A stretch of 64,000 bases of DNA from Squalus acanthias. Its lineage: Eukaryota. Where the stretch lies: the NCBI GenBank assembly GCA_030390025.1, contig CM059432.1, positions 28,584,001 through 28,648,000 on the forward strand, given 5' to 3'. The position numbers and the translations under genes are program-made. The notes beneath the pieces were generated by a model. The model made no database searches. It saw nothing but the letters and a program-made list of their open reading frames with translations, and had not been told where the DNA came from. Shown in pieces: positions 36,701-48,700 of the stretch. Positions within the stretch are counted from its first letter, which is position 1. The number at the start of each line of letters is the position of its first letter.

Positions 36701-39700
36701 GACCAACATACATGCTTATTGTTTAATGCTATCGGCCAATATTCAGTAGAAAGTTTACATAGCACAACTTTAGAGCACTGCCATGTCATCCTATCCAGAA
36801 TGCCTTGCAGGAAGAGAAAGAAATGGAGTTTCCTAGCGGTAGAAAAAAATTGTTAGAAGCGGGGGTAGAAGTGAAAAGTAGGATTAATACTAGGATATCA
36901 GCTTGACCCAGTTTGTAGCACTCTTGGTTATCAGTCAGAAGTGTGTGGTTTCAAATTGTACCCCAGTTCTTTAAAGGCATGTTAGACTGACTGGCCTCCT
37001 TCTGTGCTGTACCCATCCATGATTCAAGATTTACTACAGTTCTGAAAGCCCTGGATCATCAGCATTGACAGTTTACACAACATGTTCCGCAAAAGAATCA
37101 ACAAATTCAGTGAAACAAAATGATAAAGTTGGCCAGATAAAAATTAATTCTAATTTTTTTAAAAAGGGCCAGGGAGATGAGAATTAATTTGTCAGATGGT
37201 CATTGTGGCAAGAGCCCATTTTTAAATAGAGCAAAGGCCAAGGCTGAAAACTATAAAGAACTTTCGGAATACAGTCAAGTCAACGAGATGCTCCTTACCT
37301 CAGAGGAAAAGACAGCTCCAGCTGCTCGATTATCTGCACACACAAAAGCAGAGGTTGTACAAACAGAGAGGAACGGATACTTAGGAATAAGTTACAGGTT
37401 GCAATCTAATCGAATGATTCACGTGGTTTATCTATCGAATACTGGATATCTGGGAGTGATGTACAAGAACGGAATCTAATCGACGGGATCAGATGGCTTC
37501 TGTGTGGAAATAATGAATAACCAGGAGTGACCTCGAGGGTATAATCTATGTGAAAGGGGCCAGGTGATTATATATAGGAGAATAGGCATTTGGGAGAGAT
37601 AGGCAATAACAGACGTTGTATATTTTATAGGGAATAGCAGATCCTAAATATATTATTGGAAATAGCAACCCCTTATATATCATAGAGAATAGCAAATCCT
37701 GCATATATTATAGAGAATAACAGACTTTGTATGTATTATGGAGAAAAGCACATCTTACATATTTTATAGGGAAATAGCTGTACTGTAAAAATTGTAGGGG
37801 AATATCAGACCCTGGATTTTAACATTGGGCATAAAACGGGTTAGTTGGTGGGTTGAATGCACCTGCCGTCCACCCTTCATTTCTGCGGTGAGCCCAAGCC
37901 ATCTTAGGAACATAGGAACATAGGAATAGGAGTAGGCCATTTAGCCCTTCGAGCCTGTTCTGCCATTCAATGAGATCATGGCTGATCTATGATCTAACTC
38001 CATATACCTGCCTTTGCCCCATATCCCTTAATACCTCTGGTTCACAAAAATCTATCAATCTCAGATTTAAAATTAACAATTGACCGAGCATCAACTACCA
38101 TTTGCGGAAGAGTGTTCCAAACTTCTACCACCCTTTGCCTATAGAAGTGTTTCCTAACTTCACTCCTGAAAGATCTGGCTCTAATTTTTAGGCTATGTCC
38201 CCTGGTCCTAGACTCCCCAACCAGCAGAAGAAGTTTCTCTCTATCTATCCTATCAATTCCCCTTAATGTCTTGAAAACTTCATTCAAATCACCCTTTAAC
38301 CTTCTCAATTCCAGGGAATAAAACCCTAGTTTTTGTCATTTCTCCTCATAATTTGGCCCTTGGAGTCTAGGTATTATTCTGGTAAACCTACACTTCACTC
38401 CCTCCAAGGCCAATATATCCTTCCTAAGGTGTGGTGCCCAGAACTGCTCACAGTACTCCAGGTGTGGTCTAACTAGGACTTTGTATAGCTGCAGCATAAC
38501 TTCTACCCCCTTGTATTCTAGTCCTCTAGATATAAACACCAGCATTCCATTAGCCTTTTTGAATATTTTCTGTACCTGTCCATGACATTTTTACAATCTA
38601 TATACATAGGCCCACTAAGTCTCTTTGGATCTCCACTGTTTCTAGCTTTTCACCATTTATAGAGTACTCTGATTTATCCTTTTTAGGTCCAAAGTGGATG
38701 ACCTCACACTTGCCTACATTGAAATCCATTTTCTACAGTTTTGCCCATTCACTTAATCTATCAATATCTCTTTGTCATTTTGAGCCTCATTTACATGGAT
38801 CCAGCAAGCTGCGCATGACAAACCGGCGTTCTGAGGGAGTTTGCCAGCTGGGAAGTGGGGCTGACAGTCCGAGCCTGGAGGAGGGGGGAGGTGATTCCAG
38901 GGGAGGTGGGCTTCCCATTCCTGGCCCCACAGAAAGAAAAGATCATAATGCTTTTGAGCTGCCTCCAGCGGTCCCTTTAAGGACTGCAAGTTAGGCCGCT
39001 CAATACCAGTACAAATGAGTGGAGCGTGTGTACCTCAAAATGGCAATTGGGGTCCTATATACAGCACAGGACGCCGATTTGCATATTAAAGTGGCCTCCT
39101 GCCTGAAACAGACGGGCGCTCTGGTCACCCATTTTGTCCTTAACAAGATAGCATCGGTTGGAGCACCAGTGTAAATGTGGTTCAATGACCAATGCTATTT
39201 TTGGGCTGCTAGCACAGGCGACCACAGTTAAAATTGGCGCCCCCCCCACCCCCGAATATATTATAGAGAATAACAGACCCTCTATGTATTATAAGGAATA
39301 GGAGACCCTGTATGTATCATAGAGAAATTGCTGACCCTGCATATATTATAAGGGAATAACAGAGACCGGAGATATTACAGGGAATAATGGATCCTCTATT
39401 ACAGAGAATAACAGACTCTGTGTATATTATAGAAAATAGCAGACCCTATGGGGTAAAAATTGAGTCGCGCCCCATTTGGGGCGCTAACCTCACCGGGGCG
39501 CTACTTTTAGCGCCCCGAAAAAATTAGCGGCCCCGCGCCGGAACTTCAGTGGTTGCGCCCCAAGAGGGAAGCGGGACGCCACTGGAAGCACCCCGCATCC
39601 CTCTTGGGGCGCTGCGAGGGAATATCCTGGCGCTACGTGCCGCAGCGCCAGGCGCTGCGGCACGTCGCGCCGCGGTATTGCAGGCCTTCCTCCCCTTCTT

Positions 39701-42700
39701 AAAGGGGAGGGACCCTGCGCAGCGCGAACCGGGGCCCAGCTGGGCCCCCAGGGATCGGGAGTGCCGGCAAAAGAGCCCGGCACTCAAGAGAAGTGCCGGG
39801 CTCTTGGAGCGCAGCCGGCACTTCACGGTGGGGGGGCTTCACGGGGGCCGGGGACAGCAACGGGGGCAGGTGCTGGCAGGCGGCCAGCAACAAAAATGGC
39901 CGCCTGCCACCTCCCCTTTAAATATCGCCGCCCCGGCCGCACGTACGCCTCCCTGAACCCGTCGGACATAGCGTCTGGCGGTAAATCAGGGGGCGCGACT
40001 GAAGATCGCGGCTGGAGCGCGAGCGGGGTGCTGCGCACGGCGATGACGTCATCGCCGGCGGCGCAGCGCCACAGGGCGCTACCGGCTGGCGCCGCCGCTA
40101 ACCTCCCGCTGAATTTTTCGGGAGGCGTGGGCGGCGCTGCGCCCGGGCGTTAGCTGCTTTACGCCCCATTAGCGCCCTCTTAAGGCGCTAACGGGAGGCG
40201 CAAGCAGCTGAATTTTTCCCCCTATGTATATTATAGGGAAATAGCTGATCCTGTATTTACTATAGAAAATAACAGATCCTGTATATGGTATAGTGAACAG
40301 CTGACCTTGTGAATATTTTAAAGTTACAGCAGGGGCAACATATATATATATTCACTCAGTGGCACATCGGGCCTGCAGTTGGTCCAATGATCTAAGTAAA
40401 TACTCACCGATTTCTGTGCGTCAAACAACAAGTTTCTGTAGAATAGAATGAAGTGCCCGTAGTTCATATCCACCCTCGCGTCCACTTCCTGCCAGGAGGA
40501 TAAATAAAGCACAGGTACCATGAATCCACAGCCTCTATCACACTCACCAGCAGAGGCACCTTATTGCTGTAAGAGTACTGAAAGGTACTGAACATCATTT
40601 GTCTCATCCAGCTTCCTCCTTTCCTACAGGCCAAGTACATGTTGCCCTGTCATGAATCCTCCCAATTTATTAAGTCTCCTATGAATAAAACTTTAAAAAA
40701 GATTATTTTGCTGATTCCAGAGCTTACGCAGCAAATGCTGTCAGGTATCAATGTAGCATTCTAATCCACATTATTGATCTCGAAGCAATTATGTTCGACA
40801 CATGATATTCCCAAAGTCCCAACTGGACTAAACCCAGAGAATTTGATCTGTTTATATGTGTTCTAATAACCTTCAGTCTCTTTCAGAACAAGCCCTCCAG
40901 CTAGTATTTACATTAAAGAAATTAATCAACATTATCATAGTTTTAGCGCAGTGTTAACACAGCATTGATACGGTTTGAGCATTGTATTAACACAATATTA
41001 ATCGAGTTTTGGCAACAGCATCAACACAGTATTAAGTTAGTTTCAGTACATCATTAGAACAGTATTAACACACTATTGATACAATTGTAGCACATCATTA
41101 CCACAGTATTGGTACCAATGTATCCTTTAAATTTTTGGGGGGGTGAGCGGCCCCTTTAATGGGCTGCGCGGCCCATTCAAATTCCCGCGCATGCATGGTT
41201 TTTGCTATTTAAAAGCCGTTGAGCCGGCTGCGCGGGAGCTCCAGACAGCTACACCACCGCACAGCTTAAAGGGAACATTGATTAGTACTTTTTTGTTATT
41301 CATTCACGGGATGTGGGCGTCGCAGGCAAGGTCAGCATTTATTACATAGAAACATAGAAACTAGGAGCAGGAGTAGGCCATTCGGCCCGTCGAGCCTGCT
41401 CCACCATTCAATACGATCATGGCTGATCATCCAAATCCAGCACCCTGTCCCTGCTCCCTCACACAGAATCCCCATCGAGCCTGCACCGACACATATCCCA
41501 CCCTATCCCCGTAACCCCACGTATTTAATTCCCCCTAACATATCCTATCCTATCCCCGTAACCCCACATATTTAATCCCCCCCTAACACTAAGGGTCAAT
41601 TTATCATAGCCAAATCAACCTAACCCACACATTTTTGGACTGTGGGAGGAAACCGGAGCACCCGGAGGAAACCCACGCAGACACGGGGAGAATGTGCAAA
41701 CTCCACACAGACAGTCACCCGAGGCCAGATTCGAACCCGGGTCCCTGGCGCTGTGAGCACCAGTGCTAACCACTATGCCACCGTATTGTCCATCCCTAGT
41801 TGCCCTTGAGAAGGTGGTGGTGAGCTGCCTTCTTGAACTGCTGTAGTCCGTGTGGTGAAGTTACTCCCACAGTGCTGTTAGGGAGGGAGTTCAGGATTTT
41901 GACTCAGCGACGATGAAGGAACGGCGATATATTTCCAAGTCAGGATGGTGTGTGATTTGGAGGGGAACTTGGAGGTGGTGGTGTTCCCATGCGCCTGCTG
42001 CCCTTGTCCTTCTAGGTGGTAGAGGTCGCGGATTTGGGCTGTCGAAGAAGCCTTGGAGAGTTGCTGCAGTGCACCTTGTAGATGGTACATACTGCAGACA
42101 ATGTGCGCCCTTGGTGGAAGGAGTGAATATTTAAGGTAGTGGATGGGTTGCCAATCAAGCAGACTGCTTTGTACTGGATGATGTTGAGCTTCTTGTTGTC
42201 GGAGCTCACTCCAGGCAAGTGGAGAGTATTCCATCACACTCCTGACTTTTGCCTTGTGGATGGTGGAAAGCCTTTGGGGATTCAGGAGGTGAGTCACACC
42301 CCACAGAATATCCAGCCTCTGACCTGCTTTTGTAGCCACTTTATCAGAGCATTAACGCAATATCAAAACAACATTAAAAAAGTACAAACCAGCATTAATA
42401 CACTTCCAGCACAGTATCAACAAAGTATTAATCCAACATTAGCAGAGTTTTAGCACAGTAGTCACATAGTACTAACTCATCACTAGTACAGTATTGACAC
42501 AGCATTAACATAGTGTTAGCATAGTTTTAGTACAGCATTAATGTCGTATTATTAATGTTGGTGCAGCATTAATATATAACTAACACAGTATTAAGATAGT
42601 ATTAGTAAAGATTCAACAAGATGTTAACAGTCTTAGCACAATATTAGCACAACAGTAACTCAGAATTAGCACAGTTTAATCTCAGTATTAGCACAGCATT

Positions 42701-45700
42701 AACAATGTGTTCACCGAATATATTCCATAGTTTTACTACTCTGTTGAAAAAATCTCTTCTAAAGCTTTTTCTGGTCCTTAATAACTACTTACCTGTGCTG
42801 CTCAGTGCCTCACAACCCTGGATAGCCTGTTACCTTAAAGGGTGACTTTCAGTGCTACAGGCATGGCATTAATGACTGAAAAAGACATGGGTGGGGATGC
42901 TTCCACTTCCTTTAAATATTCTAATCAAATTTCAAGTGGGACCTTCCACCAATTCCCTTTTGGCACCCCCCCCCCACCCCTCCAGAAATGCACATCATGT
43001 GTAAACCCAGCATTATGGGTCTTCATCCTTTTATCTTCCTCCTGACTGGTGCATATGAGTTATCCCCTGATGTGGTTAGTTTATGGTTGTAGTGGTTGGA
43101 GGTCAATCATCTCAGCCCCAGGACATCACTGTAGGAGTTCCTCAGGGCAGTGTCCTAGACCCAACCATCTTCAGCTGCTTCATCAATGACCTTCCCTCCA
43201 TCATAAGGTCAGAAGTGGGGATGTTCGCTGATGACTGCACAGTGTTTAGTGCCATTCGCAACTCCTCAGATAATGAAGCAGTCCATGCCCACAAGCAGCA
43301 AAACCTGGACAACAGTCAGGCTTGGGCTGATAAGTGGCAGGTAACATTCGCACCACACAAGTGCCAGGCAATGACTATCTCCAACAAGCAAGAGTCTAAC
43401 CACTGCCACTTGTCATTCAACGGCATTACCATCGCCAAATCCCCAACCATCAACATCCTGGGGGTCACCATTGACCAGAAACTTAACTGGACCAGCCACA
43501 TAAATACTGTAGCTACAAGTGCAGGTCAGAAGCTGGGTATTCTGCAGTGGGTGCCTCACCTCCTGACTCCCCAAAGCCAGTCCACTATCTACAAGGCACA
43601 AGTCAGGAGTGTGATGGCATGCTCTCCACTTGCCTGGATGAGTGCAGCTCCAACAACACTCAAGATGCTTGACACCCGCTTGATTGGCACCCCATCCACC
43701 ACCTTAAACATTCACTTCCTCCACCACCAGTGCACCATGGCTGCAGTGTGTACAATCTACAAGATGCACTGCAGCAACTCACCAAGGCTTCTTTGACAGC
43801 ACCTCGCAAACCCACGACCTCTACCACATAGAAGGACAAAGGCAGCAGGTGCATGAGAACATCACAACCTCCAAGTTCCCCTTCAAGTCACACACCATCC
43901 TGACTTAGAAATATATCTCCGTTCCTTCATTGTTGCTGGGTCAAAATCCTGGAACTCCCTCCCTAACAGCACTGTGGGAGCACCTTCACCACACGGACTG
44001 CAGCGGATCAAGAAGGCGCCTCACCACCACCTTCTCAAGGGCATTTAGGGATGGGCAATAAATACTGGCCTTGTCAGTGATGCCCACATCACAGGAACGA
44101 ATTAAAAAAAAATCATTGCCATCAGCAATGCCTTGGTACCCCAATGAACTGGTGTGCCAACAAACTAAGCTAGTGGACCGCTGTACTGTTTGCAAGTGTA
44201 GAATGAGTTAAAAAGTACACTGGAGGATAGGAGGGATTGCAAAGTCAACTCAGTTAGAATCAGTGCCTGCTACTGTAACCTTTCTTCTCGAGTTACATTA
44301 AGCCAATGACACCAAGAACATATCTCAAAAACTAGAGCCACCACCTGGGCAATATGATGGAATCTGATTCCCTTAATACTGCACTGGGGAGGTTTAGAAC
44401 TCACATTACTGTGCTGTTAAAGTTTCAATGATGAGTCAGCACCCAATAGCGGTCATGGTCATTCCTTGCCCGACTTTTATTTCCTGCGTGTTCAAAACTG
44501 TAAAATGGATCCCCTTGTTATTAGGACCCATAAGAAGAGCATGTAGCAGCAAGGAGGCTTGGTACAGACAGCATGTTCTGTGTTTTCATTAATAACAAGG
44601 AAGCCCAAAACAATAACTGTTATCAGAGATTATAATAGAATGTTAAATAGAGGGAGATTTATATGGTTTTACTAGTCATGAGGGAACCGCAGTAATGTAT
44701 ATTATCTTAGTGATCATTATCATATGACAAACTGATATAGTGATAGGATTGTGTAAAGAACGAATGAAAGAACTTGTGTTTATATTAGCAGCTTATCACA
44801 TCCTCAGGACAACCCAAAGCACTTCACAGGCAAAGAATTACATTTGAAGTGTGTTCACTGTTGTTTTGTAGGTAAAACCATCAACCAATTTGCACATGGC
44901 AATGTCCCACAAAATGTAAACAAATGAATGAATGATCAATTCATCTGTTTTTGGTGATGTTGGTTGAGGAAGCAATGTTGGCCAAGGAGAACTGCCTTCT
45001 ATTCTTTGAGAAGTCGCACAACACCAGGTTATAGTCCAACAGTTTTATTTGAAATCACAAGCTTTCGGAGCTATCGATCGCCCCTTCCTCAGGTGAAGTA
45101 AAGAGATACAGAATCGCCAAAGCATATATAGATAGAGAACAATGCATGTGTTACTTACAAAAGCAGACGACTACATTTAAATCACCCTGACTGTTTATCT
45201 GCCAAGGTGTGACAAAAGGCAATCAGGTCACATCAAAGACATAGCAAGATACAACTGAGACAATGAGGTGGAGCCACAGGGGGTCCAATGTGTCAAAAGC
45301 CGCAGTATGGGAAACGATAAACTTTAAAATTTTTACTTTTTTACTGGGAATCACATCTGTTAACAAGCCAACGACGACTCGAGTCTGGATCACGTCATGT
45401 ATCGTGACATAAACCCAAGATCCCGGTTGAGGCCATCCTCATGAGTGCGGAACTTGGCTATCAGTTTCTGCTCGATGATTTTGCGTTGTTGTGTGTTTCT
45501 AAGTCCGCCTTGGAGAACGCTTACCCGCAGATCTGAGGCTGAATGTCCTTGACTGCTGAAGTGTTCCCCGACTGGGAGGGAACACTCCTGCCTGGTGATT
45601 GTTGCGCGGTGTCCGTTCATACGTTGTCTCAGTGTCTGCATGGTCTCGCCGATGTACCATGCCGCGGTGCATTCTTTCCTGCAACGTATGAGGTAGACAA

Positions 45701-48700
45701 CGTTGGCCGAGTCACATGAGTATGTACCATGTACCTGGTGGGTAGTGTCCTCACGTGTGATGATGGTATCTGTGTTGATGATCTGGCATGTCTTGCAGAG
45801 GTTGCCGTGGCAGGGTTGTGTGGTGTCGTGGTCGCTGTTATCCTGAAAGCTGGGTAATTTGCTGCGAACGATGGTACTTCTGAGGTTAGGCGGCTGTTTG
45901 AAGGCAAGTAGTGGAGGCGTGGGGATGGCCTTAGCGAGGTGTTCATCGTCGTCGATGACATGTTGGAGGCTGCGAAGAACATGGCGTAGTTTCTCCGCTC
46001 CGGGGAAGTACTGGACGACGTAGGGTACCCTGTTGGTTGTGTCCCGTGTTTGCCTTCTGAGGAGGTCTATGCGATTTTTCGCTGTGGCCCGTCGGAACTG
46101 TCGATCGATGAGTCGAGCGTCATATCCCGTTCTTACGAGGGCGTTTTTCAGCGTCCGTAGGTGTCCATCGCATTCCTCCTCGTCTGAGCAGATCCTGTGT
46201 ATTCGCAGGGCTTGTCCGTAGGGGATGGCTTTTTTAACATGGTTAGGGTGGAAGCTGGAGAAGTGGAGCATCGTGAGGTTGTCCGTGGGCTTGCGGTAGA
46301 GTGAAGTGCTGAGGTGTCCGTCTTTGATGGAGATTCATGTGTCCAGGAATGAAACTTCAGCAGTCAAGGACATTCAGCCTCGGATCTGCGGGTAAGCGTT
46401 CTCCAAGGCGGACTTAGAAACACACGACAACGCAAAATCATCGAGCAGAAACTGATAGCCAAGTTCCGCACTCATGAGGACGGCCTCAACCGGGATCTTG
46501 GGTTTATGTCACGATACATGACGTGATCCAGACTCGAGTCGTCGTTGGCTTGTTAACAGATGTGATTCCCAGTAAAAAAGTAAAATTTTTAAAGTTTATT
46601 GTTTCCCATACTGCGGCTTTTGACACATTGGACCCCCTGTGGCTCCACCTCATTGTCTCAGTTGTATCTTGCTATGTCTTTGATGTGACCTGATTGCCTT
46701 TTGTCACACCTCGGCAGATAAACAGTCAGGGTGATTTAAATGTAGTCGTCTGCTTTTGTAAGTAACACATGCATTGTTCTCTATCTATATATGCTTTGGC
46801 GATTCTGTATCTCTTTACTTCACCTGAGGAAGGGGCGATCGATAGCTCCGAAAGCTTGTGATTTCAAATAAAACTGTTGGACTATAACCTGGTGTTGTGC
46901 GACTTCTCATTTTTGTCCACCCCAGTCCAACACCGGCATCTCCGCATCATGCCTTCTATTCTTTGAACAGTGATATGGGATCTTTTACAACCCTCTAAGC
47001 AGGTAGAATGAACCGTGGTATAAAGTCTCATTGATATCTCCACATTCAATTACACGCTTTTATTGTGAAGCATTCAGTACTCTGGGAAGATAGCTCTCAT
47101 TAAACAGGCCAGAGCTCTCATCTTCCATCTTAAAGACCTGTCTCTGAATGCGCGTTAAGGGTTCGAAGCACTAGTTTGTCCATTCATAGCCCAGCTCCAG
47201 GTAAGCAGACCAATAGCACACAGCTGTTCATAACTGAGCATAAATTGACATTAATTTCAGGCAAGTATATATCATTAGATATATATATATCATTAGCTAT
47301 ATTCTTGAAAAGGAGAAAATTGGAGGACAATGGGGAAAGAGCAGGGGAGTGAAACTAATCGATTAGCTCTTTCAAAGAGCCAGCACAGGAACGATGTGCC
47401 GAATGGTCTCCTGTGCTGTAAAATTCTGTAATTCTTAGGGGGCCACAAGGGTGGTTGCTGTAGTAATGGAAGTATCACATTTGCTATGTGGGGGGCACTT
47501 TCCTGACACTGTAGTTAAGGCAAATGGAGCTTGGGAACTTCCTATTCTGTATGGTTCAGTATCACACCAGGTGCAGCACTAACCTGATGAGTCATTGGGG
47601 CATCTCAGCTAGGGAGTGCTTGATGGGATAATGAAAGTGTTCGTATCCCAGTATTGTGACCCCTCAGCAAAATCGTTCAGAAAAAACAAAGTATATTTAA
47701 AGGGCTACCTGAAGTCAGACAATTTTTCCTGATCTACAAAAATGTGCAAGAAACACAAGAGTTGTGAGTGAAGTATTTCTACTTACCACCAGCTTGTCCC
47801 GCAGGAACCTCATATTTGGGACTCTGTAGTTGACTTGAGGAAGCATGGCCTTTAGATCCTTCACAGTGATGCTGGAAAATATTAACATGACATATACAGT
47901 TCAATAACCATACAGCATAATCATAGCATGCAAGAAGGTAGGAATGAGTGAAAGTCAGAGGTAGGACTGAGTGAAGAGAGAGGGAAGGAATGGGAAGAAC
48001 AAAGAAGGAATAAATGAGTGAACGAGAGGAGCGTTATCAAACAAAATTTGACACCGAGCCACATAAGGAGATATTAAGAGATGAATTGGTAGGTTTTAAG
48101 GGGCATCTTAAAGGAGGAAAGAGAGGTAGAGAGGCGGAGAGGTTTAGGGAGGGAATTTCAGAGCTTCGGGGCTCGATAGCTGAAGGCACGGCCGCCAATG
48201 GTGGAGCGATGAAAATCGGGGATGCGCAAGAGGCCACAATTGGAGGAGCGCTGATATCTCAGAGGGTTGCAGGGCTGGAGGAGTTTATAGAGATAGGGAG
48301 GGGCGAGGCCATGGAGGGATTTAAAAACAAGGATGAGAATTTTAAAATCGAGGTGTTGCTCAACCGGGAGCCAATAAAGGTCAGCGAGCACAGTGGTGAT
48401 GGGTGAACGGGACTTGGTGCGAGTTAGGACACGGTCAGCAGAGTTTTGGTTGACCTCAAGTTTATGGATGGTGGAAGAGGGGAGGCCGGACAGGAGTGCA
48501 TTGGAATAGTCAAGTCTAGAGGTAACAAAGGCATGTATGAGGGTTTTAGCAGCAGATGAGCTAAGGCAAGGGCGGAGTTGGGCAATGTTATGGAGATGGA
48601 AATAGACGGTCTTAGTGATGGCGCAAATATGTGGCCAGAAGCTCATCTCGGGGTCAAATATGACACCACGGTTACGAACAGTCTGGTTCAGCCTCAGACA

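Larger units (their letters stand above)
37560..40320. repeat. Degenerate ~28-30-bp AT-rich minisatellite (tatattatagagaataacagaccctg) split by nested insertions
   Basis: Units at ~37560-37810, ~39255-39449 and ~40223-40320. Confidence 0.8.
40920..42740. repeat. Degenerate ~11-bp repeat (cacagtattaa-like) split by MITE, SINE and LINE insertions
   Basis: Units at ~40920-41115 and ~42340-42740. Confidence 0.7.
45007..46949. mobile_element. Penelope-like retroelement with inverted pseudo-LTR arrangement
   Basis: - strand ORF 45390-46271 encodes an RT thumb region and GIY-YIG endonuclease (VVYLIRC...YIGET); inverted arms 45007-45562 and 46354-46909; TSD tgccttctattcttt(ga) at 44993 and 46950. 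Confidence 0.95.
44757..47030 (-). mobile_element. Deu-type SINE split by the Penelope insertion
   Basis: SINE sequence stops at ~45007 and resumes at ~46950. Confidence 0.7.

Noticed and set aside
39450..40222. CpG island / internal promoter or horizontally acquired bacterial DNA
   Set aside because: Bounded by TIRs and a TSD and repeated several times in the window; it is a transposon, and its ORFs lack recognisable domains.
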